DNA of 41,069 bases from Candidatus Campbellbacteria bacterium RIFOXYC2_FULL_35_25 (GTDB taxonomy: Bacteria; Patescibacteriota; Minisyncoccia; Phycocordibacterales; UBA12079). The position numbers and the translations under genes were made by a program. The notes under the pieces are model-generated. The model was not told where the DNA came from. It saw nothing but the letters and a program-made list of their open reading frames with translations, and searched no databases. The stretch spans positions 16,150 to 57,218 of the forward strand of contig MFAE01000008.1 in NCBI GenBank assembly GCA_001774495.1. The letters are read 5' to 3'. Positions 6,924 through 15,548 of the stretch are shown here, piece by piece (the first letter of the stretch is position 1; each line of letters opens with the position of its first letter).

Positions 6924-8807
6924 ATGAAAGATTTTAAAAAAACAAAAACAAATGAAGGGCAGGTGATAATAATTGCAGCTCTTTTTTCTCTTTTTATTTT
7001 TTCCGCGATTTTTTCTATAATCTCGTCCCACACAGTAAGTCAATTAAAAATATCTCGTGATTTATCAAAATCTAAACACAGTTTTTTTTCCGCCGAAAAT
7101 GGAAACGAGGATGTTGCCTATCGATTGAAAAATGGAATGGATACCTTGAGTATCAGCGGAATTAATACAAACAATTCTATTGTTTCAACAACAATTACTG
7201 ATGTCGGAACCGGTTTGAAAGAAATTATTAGTTCTGCTAATACTGATGGGAGGATCAGAAAATTAAAAAATAGGATAAGAATTTCTACAGGAGCGAGTTT
7301 TAATTATGGTCTTTATTCTGGGCAAGGGGGGATAAAGCTTGATAATAACACAAGAATAAATGGCTCCATCTACTCTAACGGTAGCATCATTGGGGGATCT
7401 GGTGTCTACATCGCAGGAGATGTTTACGTTGCTAATGAATTACCAGAAAACCCTAATGCAGAATGGCTTGTTTATAATGCTGATTTTCTTTTTGGTCGCA
7501 AAGTTGGAAGTGAAGATCACACAGATGCTGTCCAGAGTTTTCGCCCAACTGCCTCTGGTGGTTTTTTGAGTAAAATGGATTTATATTTAAAAAGGGTTGG
7601 TTCACCGGCTAATCTGAGTATTAAAGTTGTTTCTGACAAGAGTGGTAAGCCAGATAAAAATGGAGTTCTTGCTTCAGGGTCTATTTCTTCCAGTTTGGTT
7701 GGAACCAGCTACTCTTTTATAGGAGTTAGTTTTGATGATAACCCAAATCTTGTGTCGGGGAATTTATATTGGTTGGTGGCTGACATGTCGAGGGATGATA
7801 GCAACTATTATGTTTGGGGTATGGATAGTCTCGGAGGATTTTCAAACGGAGAAGGTAAGTATAGTAGTAATTGGACAACCAGTAGCTTCATAAATATTGG
7901 GGGAGATTTTGATTTCAAGTTGTGGCTTAGTGAGGGTAATGGAGTGTTAGACAGTGTTCACATTGACGATGGTTTGGGTGGAATTTTTTCCGCGCATGCT
8001 AATTCTATAAATAATACAAATGTGACAGGGGATGTTTACGCTAGCTCTTTTTCAAACGGAAGTGTGGGAGGTAATATAATTGCTGATAGTATTTCTAATT
8101 GTGTAATAACAGGAAATGCTAGTTATAATTCTTCGACAAGTTGTTCGGTTGGGGGAACACAAACTTCTCCAACAACACCACCCAGCGACCCTCCCTTCAT
8201 TGTTACACCAATCTCTGATGCCAATATAGATAGTTGGAAAGGTGATGCGCAAGATGGCGGAACTATTAGTGCGGGTAATTTTACGCCTGTAGATGGTCAG
8301 ACCCTTGGCCCCGGGGTTATTGAAGGGAATTTAGTAATAACCCCAAGTATTAGTGTTAATTTATCAGGAGTGGTGTATGTCAAAGGAAATGTTCAGATCG
8401 GTAATGGAGCAGAAATTAATATAAGTAATCCAGCTAATTCGGCGATGATATTAACTGATAAGTGGTTTTCTATAAGTAATGGAGTCAGTATTAATAGCCC
8501 TAGGGTAGGGGTCGGGCATATAATGATGTTAGCTCTGGCTGCCTGTGACGGCACAGTTTATGAGCCTCAATGCAATGGTGAAGGAGCCACAATTACTGTT
8601 TTCAACGGGACTGATGCTGATGTTTTAGTCGCCCCTAATGGATTAATCAGAGTGAATCAGAATGTTTTTGTTGTAGATTTGGTTGCGGACAAATTAAAGA
8701 TAGAAGAAAATGTTATTTTAGAATATGAGATGGGGTTAACCAATGTTAATTTTTCTTCAGGTCCCAGTGGTTCTTGGGCGATTGATTCATGGAGGGAGAT
8801 AGAGTAG
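6924..8807 (+). CDS. Large PilX/GspK-like minor pilin with beta-rich C-terminal domains
   Basis: G|QVIIIAALF leader lacking E5, AENGNEDVAYRL PilX-N-like motif, Gly/Ser/Asn-rich body; last gene of the pilus cluster. Confidence 0.7.
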   Translation: MKDFKKTKTNEGQVIIIAALFSLFIFSAIFSIISSHTVSQLKISRDLSKSKHSFFSAENGNEDVAYRLKNGMDTLSISGINTNNSIVSTTITDVGTGLKEIISSANTDGRIRKLKNRIRISTGASFNYGLYSGQGGIKLDNNTRINGSIYSNGSIIGGSGVYIAGDVYVANELPENPNAEWLVYNADFLFGRKVGSEDHTDAVQSFRPTASGGFLSKMDLYLKRVGSPANLSIKVVSDKSGKPDKNGVLASGSISSSLVGTSYSFIGVSFDDNPNLVSGNLYWLVADMSRDDSNYYVWGMDSLGGFSNGEGKYSSNWTTSSFINIGGDFDFKLWLSEGNGVLDSVHIDDGLGGIFSAHANSINNTNVTGDVYASSFSNGSVGGNIIADSISNCVITGNASYNSSTSCSVGGTQTSPTTPPSDPPFIVTPISDANIDSWKGDAQDGGTISAGNFTPVDGQTLGPGVIEGNLVITPSISVNLSGVVYVKGNVQIGNGAEINISNPANSAMILTDKWFSISNGVSINSPRVGVGHIMMLALAACDGTVYEPQCNGEGATITVFNGTDADVLVAPNGLIRVNQNVFVVDLVADKLKIEENVILEYEMGLTNVNFSSGPSGSWAIDSWREIE

Positions 8808-8833
8808 AAATCACTTTTTAAAAAGTGATTTCT
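8806..8833. repeat. Perfect 28-bp palindrome starting in the stop codon
   Basis: agaaatcacttttt|aaaaagtgatttct. Confidence 0.85.
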
Positions 8834-9030
8834 CGCGAAAGGCTGCATAACGAACATCTTTGTTCGTACCCACCTACATGGATTTCTTCTCGCAATGTCG
8901 GGTAGGTTTCGTTGTAGTATATAGGCACAGAATTATTTAAAAAACAAATTTTGCCTTTGGTAAAATTTGTCCATTTTTTCTAAAAACTAAAAACTATCAA
9001 CTAAAAACTGAAATATGATATTATATTAAT

Positions 9031-9798
9031 ATGCAAAAAGATAAAAAAATAATTATTGCTAATTGGAAAATGAATCCAGATAGTGAAAAAGAAGTCCAAG
9101 TAATTTTTTCTGGAATCAAAAAAATTGCCAGTAAGTTGTTAAATGTGCAAACGATTGTTTGTCCCCCTTTTATCTACATAGCTAAGTTAGTCGATTCACA
9201 TAAAGGGCATCGAATAGCTTTTGGGTCTCAAAATGTATTTTCGGAAAACAAAGGTGCTTTCACAGGGATGATTTCTCCTAATATGTTAAAAAATAAAGGA
9301 GTCGAGTATGTAATAATTGGCCACTCGGAAAGAAGAGCTTTGTGTGAGGATAATATTCTTGTAAATAAAAAAATAAAAAGCGCTATTAAGTCAGGCTTAA
9401 AGGTAATTTTATGTATTGGTGAAAAGGAAAGGGATGACCACGGACATTATTTTAATTTCCTAAAAAAACAGCTCCTAGACTCTTTGGAGGGAGTTCCCAA
9501 AAATTCTTTGCACAATCTCTTTATCGCTTATGAACCTATCTGGGCGCTGAGTGGGAATAGCGGAAATAAATCCATGTCATCAGCGGATGTTCATGAAATA
9601 ACAATTTTTATTAAAAAGATTTTACACGATCAATATAGAGTGAAAGTAATGCCTAAAATATTATACGGAGGCTCTGCTAATCCTAAAAATGCGGAAGATT
9701 TAATCTTGAATGGGAATGTAGACGGTTTACTTGTCGGCAAGGCAAGTTTAGATGCCAAAAAATTTGGAGAGATTTTGAGCATAGTTAATAAATTATAG
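9031..9798 (+). CDS. tpiA: Triosephosphate isomerase
   Basis: NWKMN, GHSERR, AYEPIWA, YGGS motifs. Confidence 0.97.
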   Translation: MQKDKKIIIANWKMNPDSEKEVQVIFSGIKKIASKLLNVQTIVCPPFIYIAKLVDSHKGHRIAFGSQNVFSENKGAFTGMISPNMLKNKGVEYVIIGHSERRALCEDNILVNKKIKSAIKSGLKVILCIGEKERDDHGHYFNFLKKQLLDSLEGVPKNSLHNLFIAYEPIWALSGNSGNKSMSSADVHEITIFIKKILHDQYRVKVMPKILYGGSANPKNAEDLILNGNVDGLLVGKASLDAKKFGEILSIVNKL

Positions 9799-9804
9799 TC
9801 TTTT

Positions 9805-10938
9805 ATGAAAAATATATTAGAAGTTGAAAATTTGAAAGGAAAGAAAGTTTTACTAAGACTTGATTTAAATGTACCAATAGAAAATGGGGCTATAAAAAGT
9901 GACTTTCGAATAAGAAAAATATTACCCACGATTGATTTTTTGCAGAAACAAGGGGCAAAGATTATAATTTTAAGCCATATTGGTAGGGAAAAAACAAATA
10001 CGTTAGAGCCAGTTTTTAATTATTTAAAAAATAAGATAAATCTGACTTTCGTTGAAGATATTTTGTGTGACGAAACGAAGAAGATTGTTGAAAAGATGAA
10101 TAATGGTGACATCATACTGTTCGAGAACCTAAGAAAATATGATGGTGAGGACAAAAATGATGATAGTTTCACGAAGACGTTGGCAGCATTCGGAGACGTC
10201 TATATTAATGAAGCCTTTGCTTTCTCTCACAGGGAAGCTTCCTCTGTCGTTGGTTTGCCACAATATCTTCCTAGTTATTCTGGCATTTTGTTTAAAAAAG
10301 AAGTTGAAATGTTGTCACAAAGTTTTAATTCTCCCCACCCATCTATTTTTATCTTAGGTGGGAACAAGTTTAATACAAAATTACCATTGATAGAAAAGTT
10401 CTTAAATCGTGCCGATTTTGTTTTTGTAGGAGGAGCGCTGGTAAATAATTTACTAATAAGCAAAGGTCTTGAAGTCGGTATGTCTTTGGTGGCAGAAGGG
10501 AAGTTTGATTTAAGCGGTCTATTGAGTAATAAAAAATTAGTTTTGCCGGTAGATTTAGTTGTTAACAAGAACGGAAGCGTCGTTGTAAAGCCGGTTAATG
10601 AAATTGCTAGTGACGAAATTATTTTAGATATTGGACATGAGACAATTTTAAAATTGAAAAAAATAATTGAGGGTGCAAAGTTTATTTTGTTTAACGGACC
10701 TTTAGGTGATTACACCAAGGGCTTTGATAGAGCTACTTCTAGTTTAGTAGAAATCATTGCTAACTCTGGGGCAGAATCTGTTATTGGCGGAGGAGACACT
10801 GTTGCTTGTATTTCGGAGCTAGGCCTTGAAGATAAAATTGGTTTTGTTTCAACTGGCGGAGGAGCTATGCTAGAGTTTTTGTTAAATGAAGACCTCCCAG
10901 GAATAAAAGCTTTAAATAATTCCAAAATTAAGGCCTAA
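9805..10938 (+). CDS. pgk: Phosphoglycerate kinase
   Basis: RLDLNVP, SHIGR, FENLR, GGGDT, STGGGAMLEFL. Confidence 0.97.
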   Translation: MKNILEVENLKGKKVLLRLDLNVPIENGAIKSDFRIRKILPTIDFLQKQGAKIIILSHIGREKTNTLEPVFNYLKNKINLTFVEDILCDETKKIVEKMNNGDIILFENLRKYDGEDKNDDSFTKTLAAFGDVYINEAFAFSHREASSVVGLPQYLPSYSGILFKKEVEMLSQSFNSPHPSIFILGGNKFNTKLPLIEKFLNRADFVFVGGALVNNLLISKGLEVGMSLVAEGKFDLSGLLSNKKLVLPVDLVVNKNGSVVVKPVNEIASDEIILDIGHETILKLKKIIEGAKFILFNGPLGDYTKGFDRATSSLVEIIANSGAESVIGGGDTVACISELGLEDKIGFVSTGGGAMLEFLLNEDLPGIKALNNSKIKA

Positions 10939-11039
10939 CTTCGTCGTTTCAGAAAAAATTTCCACTCACCGTATGTTTAATACGGCTCAGAAAATTTTTT
11001 CTGGAATTCCTCGTTACGCATTCAATTTTTGAATTATTT
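10914..11039. repeat. Nested hairpin element after pgk (AGAAAATTTTC...GCTC-AAAATTTTCT family)
   Basis: Outer arms 10914-10929/11024-11039 (15/16 complementary); core shared with 13524 and 14937. Confidence 0.7.
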
Positions 11040-11060
11040 GACTTTCTATAGAAAATTAAA

Positions 11061-11102
11061 AGAAAAGTGGCCCTGTAGGAAACCCACATGGCCACTTTTT
11101 CT
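11061..11102 (-). terminator. Intrinsic, probably bidirectional terminator
   Basis: AAAAGTGGCC/GGCCACTTTT stem with A/T tracts on both sides. Confidence 0.75.
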
Positions 11103-11104
11103 GT

Positions 11105-11188
11105 TCATAGACATTTTCTCATCGCCTTTTGGAAGGAATCCCAGTCTGTAATCAGAAAAATTGTTATCTTACAAAATGTTTGCTCCAT
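11105..11188 (-). CDS. 27-aa small ORF MEQTFCKITIFLITDWDSFQKAMRKCL
   Basis: GAGGT 8 nt before ATG; TGnTAAACT overlapping the HIT stop; terminator right after the stop; below the ORF-track cutoff. Confidence 0.45.
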   Translation of the reverse strand: MEQTFCKITIFLITDWDSFQKAMRKCL

Positions 11189-11246
11189 CTTTTTTTACCT
11201 CAGTTTTGTTTTTGAAAGACAAGAAGAACGGTTTCAATAAAGTTTA

Positions 11247-11663
11247 TCACATATTCAGGTCATTCTGAATTTTTAGAGCCGTTTCCTCGGCTTCTCCGTC
11301 TTCATACCCCCTTTTTCCTTTCCAGTGTCTGAAGCCATCATTTTCTAATCGCGGAACGATATGAATGTGAGTATGAAAAACTAGTTGACCTGCCGCAGAC
11401 TCGTTGTTTGAAATTATATTTACCCCGTCTACTCCAAGGCTATTTTTTATTGCTTGGGCGATTCTCTGGCTAGTATTATATACAGACTCAAGGTCTTCTT
11501 TTTTGATATCAAAAATATTTCTTGAGTGGTTTTTTGGTATTACTAAGGTGTGGCCAATGTTGGTTGGGTTAATATCTAGGAAAGCCAAAGTTTTTTCATC
11601 CTCGTAAACTTTTGTGCAAGGAATTTCACCTTTTATTATTTTGCAAAATAAACAATCTTTCAT
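11247..11663 (-). CDS. HIT family hydrolase
   Basis: CLFCKII, GHTLVIPK, histidine triad HTHIHIVPR. Confidence 0.95.
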   Translation of the reverse strand: MKDCLFCKIIKGEIPCTKVYEDEKTLAFLDINPTNIGHTLVIPKNHSRNIFDIKKEDLESVYNTSQRIAQAIKNSLGVDGVNIISNNESAAGQLVFHTHIHIVPRLENDGFRHWKGKRGYEDGEAEETALKIQNDLNM

Positions 11664-11711
11664 AGTTTTGTATAGTTAATTATACAGTTAATTATATGTT
11701 AAAATGCACAA

Positions 11712-13487
11712 ATGCAAAAGAAAGACATTAAATTTACCTTAAGAGATAGTAATTTACCAGAAGAGGTAAAGAAGGAATTTAACGTTTACTCTGAGTTGCT
11801 TGGTTTACTTCTCTATTATCGTGGAATAGAAACAAGAGAAAAAGCAGAAAAATTTCTTAAACCAGATTATTATCGGGATACGCACGATCCTTTTTTGATG
11901 AAAGATATGGGCAAGGCAGTTGAAAGAATTTTAAAAGCGATTGAGCAAAAAGAAAAAATAATTATTTATAGTGATTATGATGCTGACGGAATTCCCGGTG
12001 CAGTAGTTTTGCACGATTTTTTTAAAAAAATTAACTATGAAAATTTTGAAAATTATATTCCTCACAGACATGACGAGGGGTATGGTTTGAATAAAGAAGC
12101 TATAAAAAAATTTTCAAAAAATGGAGCTAGCTTGATTATCACTATTGATTGCGGAATCTCAGATAGTAAAGAGGTTAAAGAGGCCCAAAAAATGGGGGTA
12201 GATGTTATCGTCACTGACCATCATATTGTAGGGGAAAATCTCCCTCCTGCTTTTGCTGTTTTAAATCCAAAACAGAAAGATTGTAATTACCCAGATGATG
12301 TTCTAGCTGGGGCCGGGGTTGCCTTTAAGCTGGTGCAAGCTCTTATAACGAAAGGTTCGGAAGGAGGCCTTTCCTCGGGGAGCGAAGCGGACAGAGGTGA
12401 GGCCTCGGGGAGAACCTTTTTAATAAAAAAAGGCTGGGAAAAATGGCTTCTTGATATGGTTGGCTTAGCGACCATTTCTGACATGGTTCCTCTAACCGAC
12501 GAAAATAGGGTCTTTTCTTATTTTGGGATGCAGGTATTAAGAAAATCTCCTCGTTATGGCCTAATGCATTTATTGAGTCATCTAAAAATTGACCAAAAAA
12601 CTCTAACAGAGGATGATTTGAGTTTTATGATTACTCCAAGAATAAATGTGGCTTCTAGGATTGATAATCCTGATAAAGCCTTTAGACTTTTGTCTACGGA
12701 TGATGAAGTTGAAGCCAGAGAGATGTCTCTATATTTAGATACCATAAATGCAAAAAGAAAAACGATGGTGGCAGTTATGGTGAAAGAGGCGATTAAAAAA
12801 TTAAAAGAAAGAGAGGAGAAGGATCTTATTGTTGTTGGGAACCCACAATGGAATCCAGGGTTGTTGGGGTTGATTGCTAATTCTTTGGCTGAAAAATATA
12901 AAAAAACAGCTTTTGTTTGGGGCCGGGGAGGGGACGGAAGTATAAAGGGGTCTTGTCGTTCTTGCGGTATCGTGGATGTTTTTGAGTTAATGAGTAGCGT
13001 TGAAAAAGGAGTTTTTTCTGATATTGGTGGGCATAAAATGGCTGGGGGATTCAGTGTCTCAAAAGAAGGAATTCACATCCTTGAGGAAAAACTTTTAGAA
13101 GTGTATAAAAAAGATGATAATTTAAATGTAGATGTTAACTTGGTTGCAGACAAAAAAATTTTTATGGATGATGTTAGTTGGGATACTTATAAAATCGTTG
13201 ACCAACTCGCTCCTTTTGGGACGGGAAATGAAAAGCCCCTGTTTTTTCTTGAAGGAGTGAAAATTTTTAATGTAAAAATTTTTGGTAAACAGAATAATCA
13301 TCTAGGTTTGGACTTTAGAAAAAAAAGTGGGCAAATAATTTCTGCAATAAAATTTTTTGCGGATGAAATATCCGCAGGGGAAACAAGCTTCAAAAAAGGT
13401 GATAAAATAAATATTCTTGTAAACTTAGAAAAATCTACTTTTAGAAATGTGAATGAGTTACGCTTGAGAATAGTTGACTTTGTTTAA
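11712..13487 (+). CDS. recJ: Single-stranded DNA exonuclease RecJ
   Basis: DYDADG, ITIDCG, TDHH (DHH), SDMVPL, PRINVASR, GSCRS, GGHKMAGG. Confidence 0.95.
   Translation: MQKKDIKFTLRDSNLPEEVKKEFNVYSELLGLLLYYRGIETREKAEKFLKPDYYRDTHDPFLMKDMGKAVERILKAIEQKEKIIIYSDYDADGIPGAVVLHDFFKKINYENFENYIPHRHDEGYGLNKEAIKKFSKNGASLIITIDCGISDSKEVKEAQKMGVDVIVTDHHIVGENLPPAFAVLNPKQKDCNYPDDVLAGAGVAFKLVQALITKGSEGGLSSGSEADRGEASGRTFLIKKGWEKWLLDMVGLATISDMVPLTDENRVFSYFGMQVLRKSPRYGLMHLLSHLKIDQKTLTEDDLSFMITPRINVASRIDNPDKAFRLLSTDDEVEAREMSLYLDTINAKRKTMVAVMVKEAIKKLKEREEKDLIVVGNPQWNPGLLGLIANSLAEKYKKTAFVWGRGGDGSIKGSCRSCGIVDVFELMSSVEKGVFSDIGGHKMAGGFSVSKEGIHILEEKLLEVYKKDDNLNVDVNLVADKKIFMDDVSWDTYKIVDQLAPFGTGNEKPLFFLEGVKIFNVKIFGKQNNHLGLDFRKKSGQIISAIKFFADEISAGETSFKKGDKINILVNLEKSTFRNVNELRLRIVDFV
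12351..12419. repeat. 69-bp palindromic element in frame within recJ
   Basis: AAAGGTTC...GAGGCCT...CCTC-[GGGGAGCGAAGCGGACA]-GAGG...AGGCCTC...GAACCTTT; 23 codons. Confidence 0.75.
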
Positions 13488-13608
13488 ATAATCGCAAATT
13501 TGACGCTGGACTTTGTCGGTTTCAGAAAAATTTTCTTCGCACTATTTTTATAGGGCTCAAAAAATTTTTCTTTACCTCCTCGTCCCGCATTCAAATTTAC
13601 GATTATTT
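13486..13608. repeat. Nested hairpin element after recJ
   Basis: AAATAATCG/CGATTATTT outer arms, AAATTTGA/TCAAATTT, core AGAAAAATTTTC-TTCGC...GGCTC-AAAAAATTTTTCT. Confidence 0.75.
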
Positions 13609-13697
13609 ATCTATGAGTTTGACTTTATCTGGGGATTTTGGTTAAATCGTTGTTAGAAACGTTTCAGAAACTAATTTTTAATAAGGAGGGGGAACCA

Positions 13698-13886
13698 ATG
13701 GCTCAGGAAAGTGTAAGGAACGCTGTTATAGGAGTTTTTGGTGAAGTGATTTGTGGTTCTGGGCATCGGAGGAAAGTTTCTGATATGACGGATAGCGAGC
13801 TCGGGGATTTTTTGGCCGAGACTCTCAAATCAACGCAGTACATTAATTCTCAGCAAAGGAAGAGGCTCGAGAAGACCCTTCAATAA
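13698..13886 (+). CDS. Hypothetical protein (62 aa), orphan with SD
   Basis: AAGGAGGGGG before ATG 13698; TTGACT upstream; hairpin ATACCCCGC/GCGGGGTAT at 13907-13939. Confidence 0.65.
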   Translation: MAQESVRNAVIGVFGEVICGSGHRRKVSDMTDSELGDFLAETLKSTQYINSQQRKRLEKTLQ

Positions 13887-13987
13887 CAACTCTGTCTCGT
13901 TGTTAAATACCCCGCCCAGATTTTTTCGGTGCGGGGTATAAATGTCTCTATGATATAATACTAGTATTAATTTAAGTAAAAAAATCT

Positions 13988-14218
13988 ATGCAAGAAGTTA
14001 AATTAGGAAAATATAAACATTTTAAAGGGATGATTGTTGAGGTGATAGGGATTGCACTAGACAGCGAGACTATGGAAAAAATGGTTGTTTATAATCACCC
14101 TGATCCAGTAAAAGGGAAAGGGGCAAATACAATGTGGGTGAGACCTGTAGTTATGTTTTTGGAAACAATTGAAAGAGATGGGAAGAAAATTAAAAGATTT
14201 GAATATATATTAGTTTAG
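13988..14218 (+). CDS. DUF1653 family small protein
   Basis: GKYKHFKG...DSET.E.MVVY...WVRP..MF pattern. Confidence 0.85.
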   Translation: MQEVKLGKYKHFKGMIVEVIGIALDSETMEKMVVYNHPDPVKGKGANTMWVRPVVMFLETIERDGKKIKRFEYILV

Positions 14219-14336
14219 TGAGTAGTTGATAGTGAGTAGTGAGTAGAAAAAAGTTTATAGTTTATAGCCCAAAACGACGAAACCCGAAGGGTTTCGTCGT
14301 TTCTTTGCTGTTAGCTGTCAGCTGTTGGCAGTTAGC
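14219..14336. repeat. Heptamer repeats (GTGAGTA, GCTGTYA) flanking the hairpin AAACGACGAAACCC-GAA-GGGTTTCGTCGTTT
   Basis: Read directly; the hairpin is at 14272-14302. Confidence 0.75.
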
Positions 14337-14363
14337 TTATTTAGGTATGTTATAATCATTGTC

Positions 14364-14780
14364 ATGAAAAAGATCATAATCTACACTGATGGTGGTTCTC
14401 GTAATAACCCAGGGATTGCTGGGGCGGGAGTTTTTATTTCTGATGAAAAAGGAAATGAATTAAAGAAAGCAAAAAAATTTTTAGGGATACAAACAAACAA
14501 TTGGGCAGAATACGAAGCTCTTATAATAGGTTTAGAGAAAGCAAAAGGTTTGCTCGGCTCAGAGATAGGGAATACAGAAGTTGAAGTTCGAATGGATAGT
14601 CAGTTGATTGTTCGCCAAATAAATGGAGAGTATCGGGTGAAAGAACCTTCTCTTTTTCAGCAGTTTGTAAAAGTGAATAATTTGAAAGTAAATTTTCCGC
14701 ATATTCAATTTGTGCATATTCCTCGTGCAGAAAATAAAGAAGCAGACCGACTCGCAAACGAAGCAATGGACGCTAAGTAA
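14364..14780 (+). CDS. rnhA: Ribonuclease HI
   Basis: YTDGGSRNNPG, TNNWAEY, MDSQL, NKEADRLAN catalytic motifs; start 7 nt after TGnTATAAT. Confidence 0.92.
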   Translation: MKKIIIYTDGGSRNNPGIAGAGVFISDEKGNELKKAKKFLGIQTNNWAEYEALIIGLEKAKGLLGSEIGNTEVEVRMDSQLIVRQINGEYRVKEPSLFQQFVKVNNLKVNFPHIQFVHIPRAENKEADRLANEAMDAK

Positions 14781-15108
14781 TTTAAATTTAATCCATTTCT
14801 TTGTCGCAATTCACAAAATATCAGTCGCTGTATTAGAAATACACCTTCTTCTATTTTGTTCTTGCTCCTCGAACTGAATTTAAATTTAGATTACTTGATA
14901 ATAAATTAAATTTAGCGAATTTCTTCGTCAACTTCAAGAAAATTTTCCTCACCTTATCTGAAATAAAAGCATTTCATCTTATATAAACTCCTCGGCTCGT
15001 TAATTTAAAAACTATACTTCGTTTCGTTTTTTAATTAACCTCACTCTACGTCGTTTATAAGGCTCAAAAAATTTTCTTTCGTCTTCTCAAACTCCGTCTA
15101 AATTTAGA
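14775..15108. repeat. Two adjacent nested hairpin elements after rnhA
   Basis: AAGTAAT...ATTACTT arms (14775-14896), then a second element with core AGAAAATTTTC-CTCAC (14937)...GCTC-AAAAAATTTTCT (15077). Confidence 0.7.
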
Positions 15109-15164
15109 GAACTCCACAACCCATCGGGGTTCACCCCAAGGATTCTTTATTGTATAATTACCAT

Positions 15165-15548
15165 ATGATTTTTACATTGATGTTTGATTATATCGGTTGG
15201 CATTATACGAAGGCCTATAAAGATATTGTTTCTGTGTGGAAAAATTTTCTGCAATTTTTTTATAATTTCTTTTCCATAAAAGTTCTTCTTGCCACACTCT
15301 TTTCTCCTCTTAAAAAAATGCACGAAGAACGCAAGCCAGGGCTTAATTTTGAAGACCTCTTTTCTGTCCTTCTTGTGAATACTATCATGCGGTTAGTAGG
15401 CCTTTTGGTTAAATCCATAATAATTATTATAGGTACATTTGTTATTTTGTTAGTATTTATTTTAGGCTTGGCTGTTTTAATTGCCTGGGCTTTTTTACCG
15501 ATTCTTTTAATCGTTTCTATTATTACAGGGGTGCAATTTATTATATGA
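15165..15548 (+). CDS. Small membrane protein (127 aa) translationally coupled to the Clp-like ATPase
   Basis: Hydrophobic C-terminal half; ATGA overlap with the next gene; TATAAT 6 nt before ATG. Confidence 0.8.
   Translation: MIFTLMFDYIGWHYTKAYKDIVSVWKNFLQFFYNFFSIKVLLATLFSPLKKMHEERKPGLNFEDLFSVLLVNTIMRLVGLLVKSIIIIIGTFVILLVFILGLAVLIAWAFLPILLIVSIITGVQFII

Noticed and set aside
171-14246. Heptamer repeats as DNA uptake sequences for the competence machinery
   Set aside because: They are tandem, degenerate and clustered at gene junctions, unlike the dispersed exact 9-10-mers of Neisseria or Pasteurellaceae; cannot be supported from one window.
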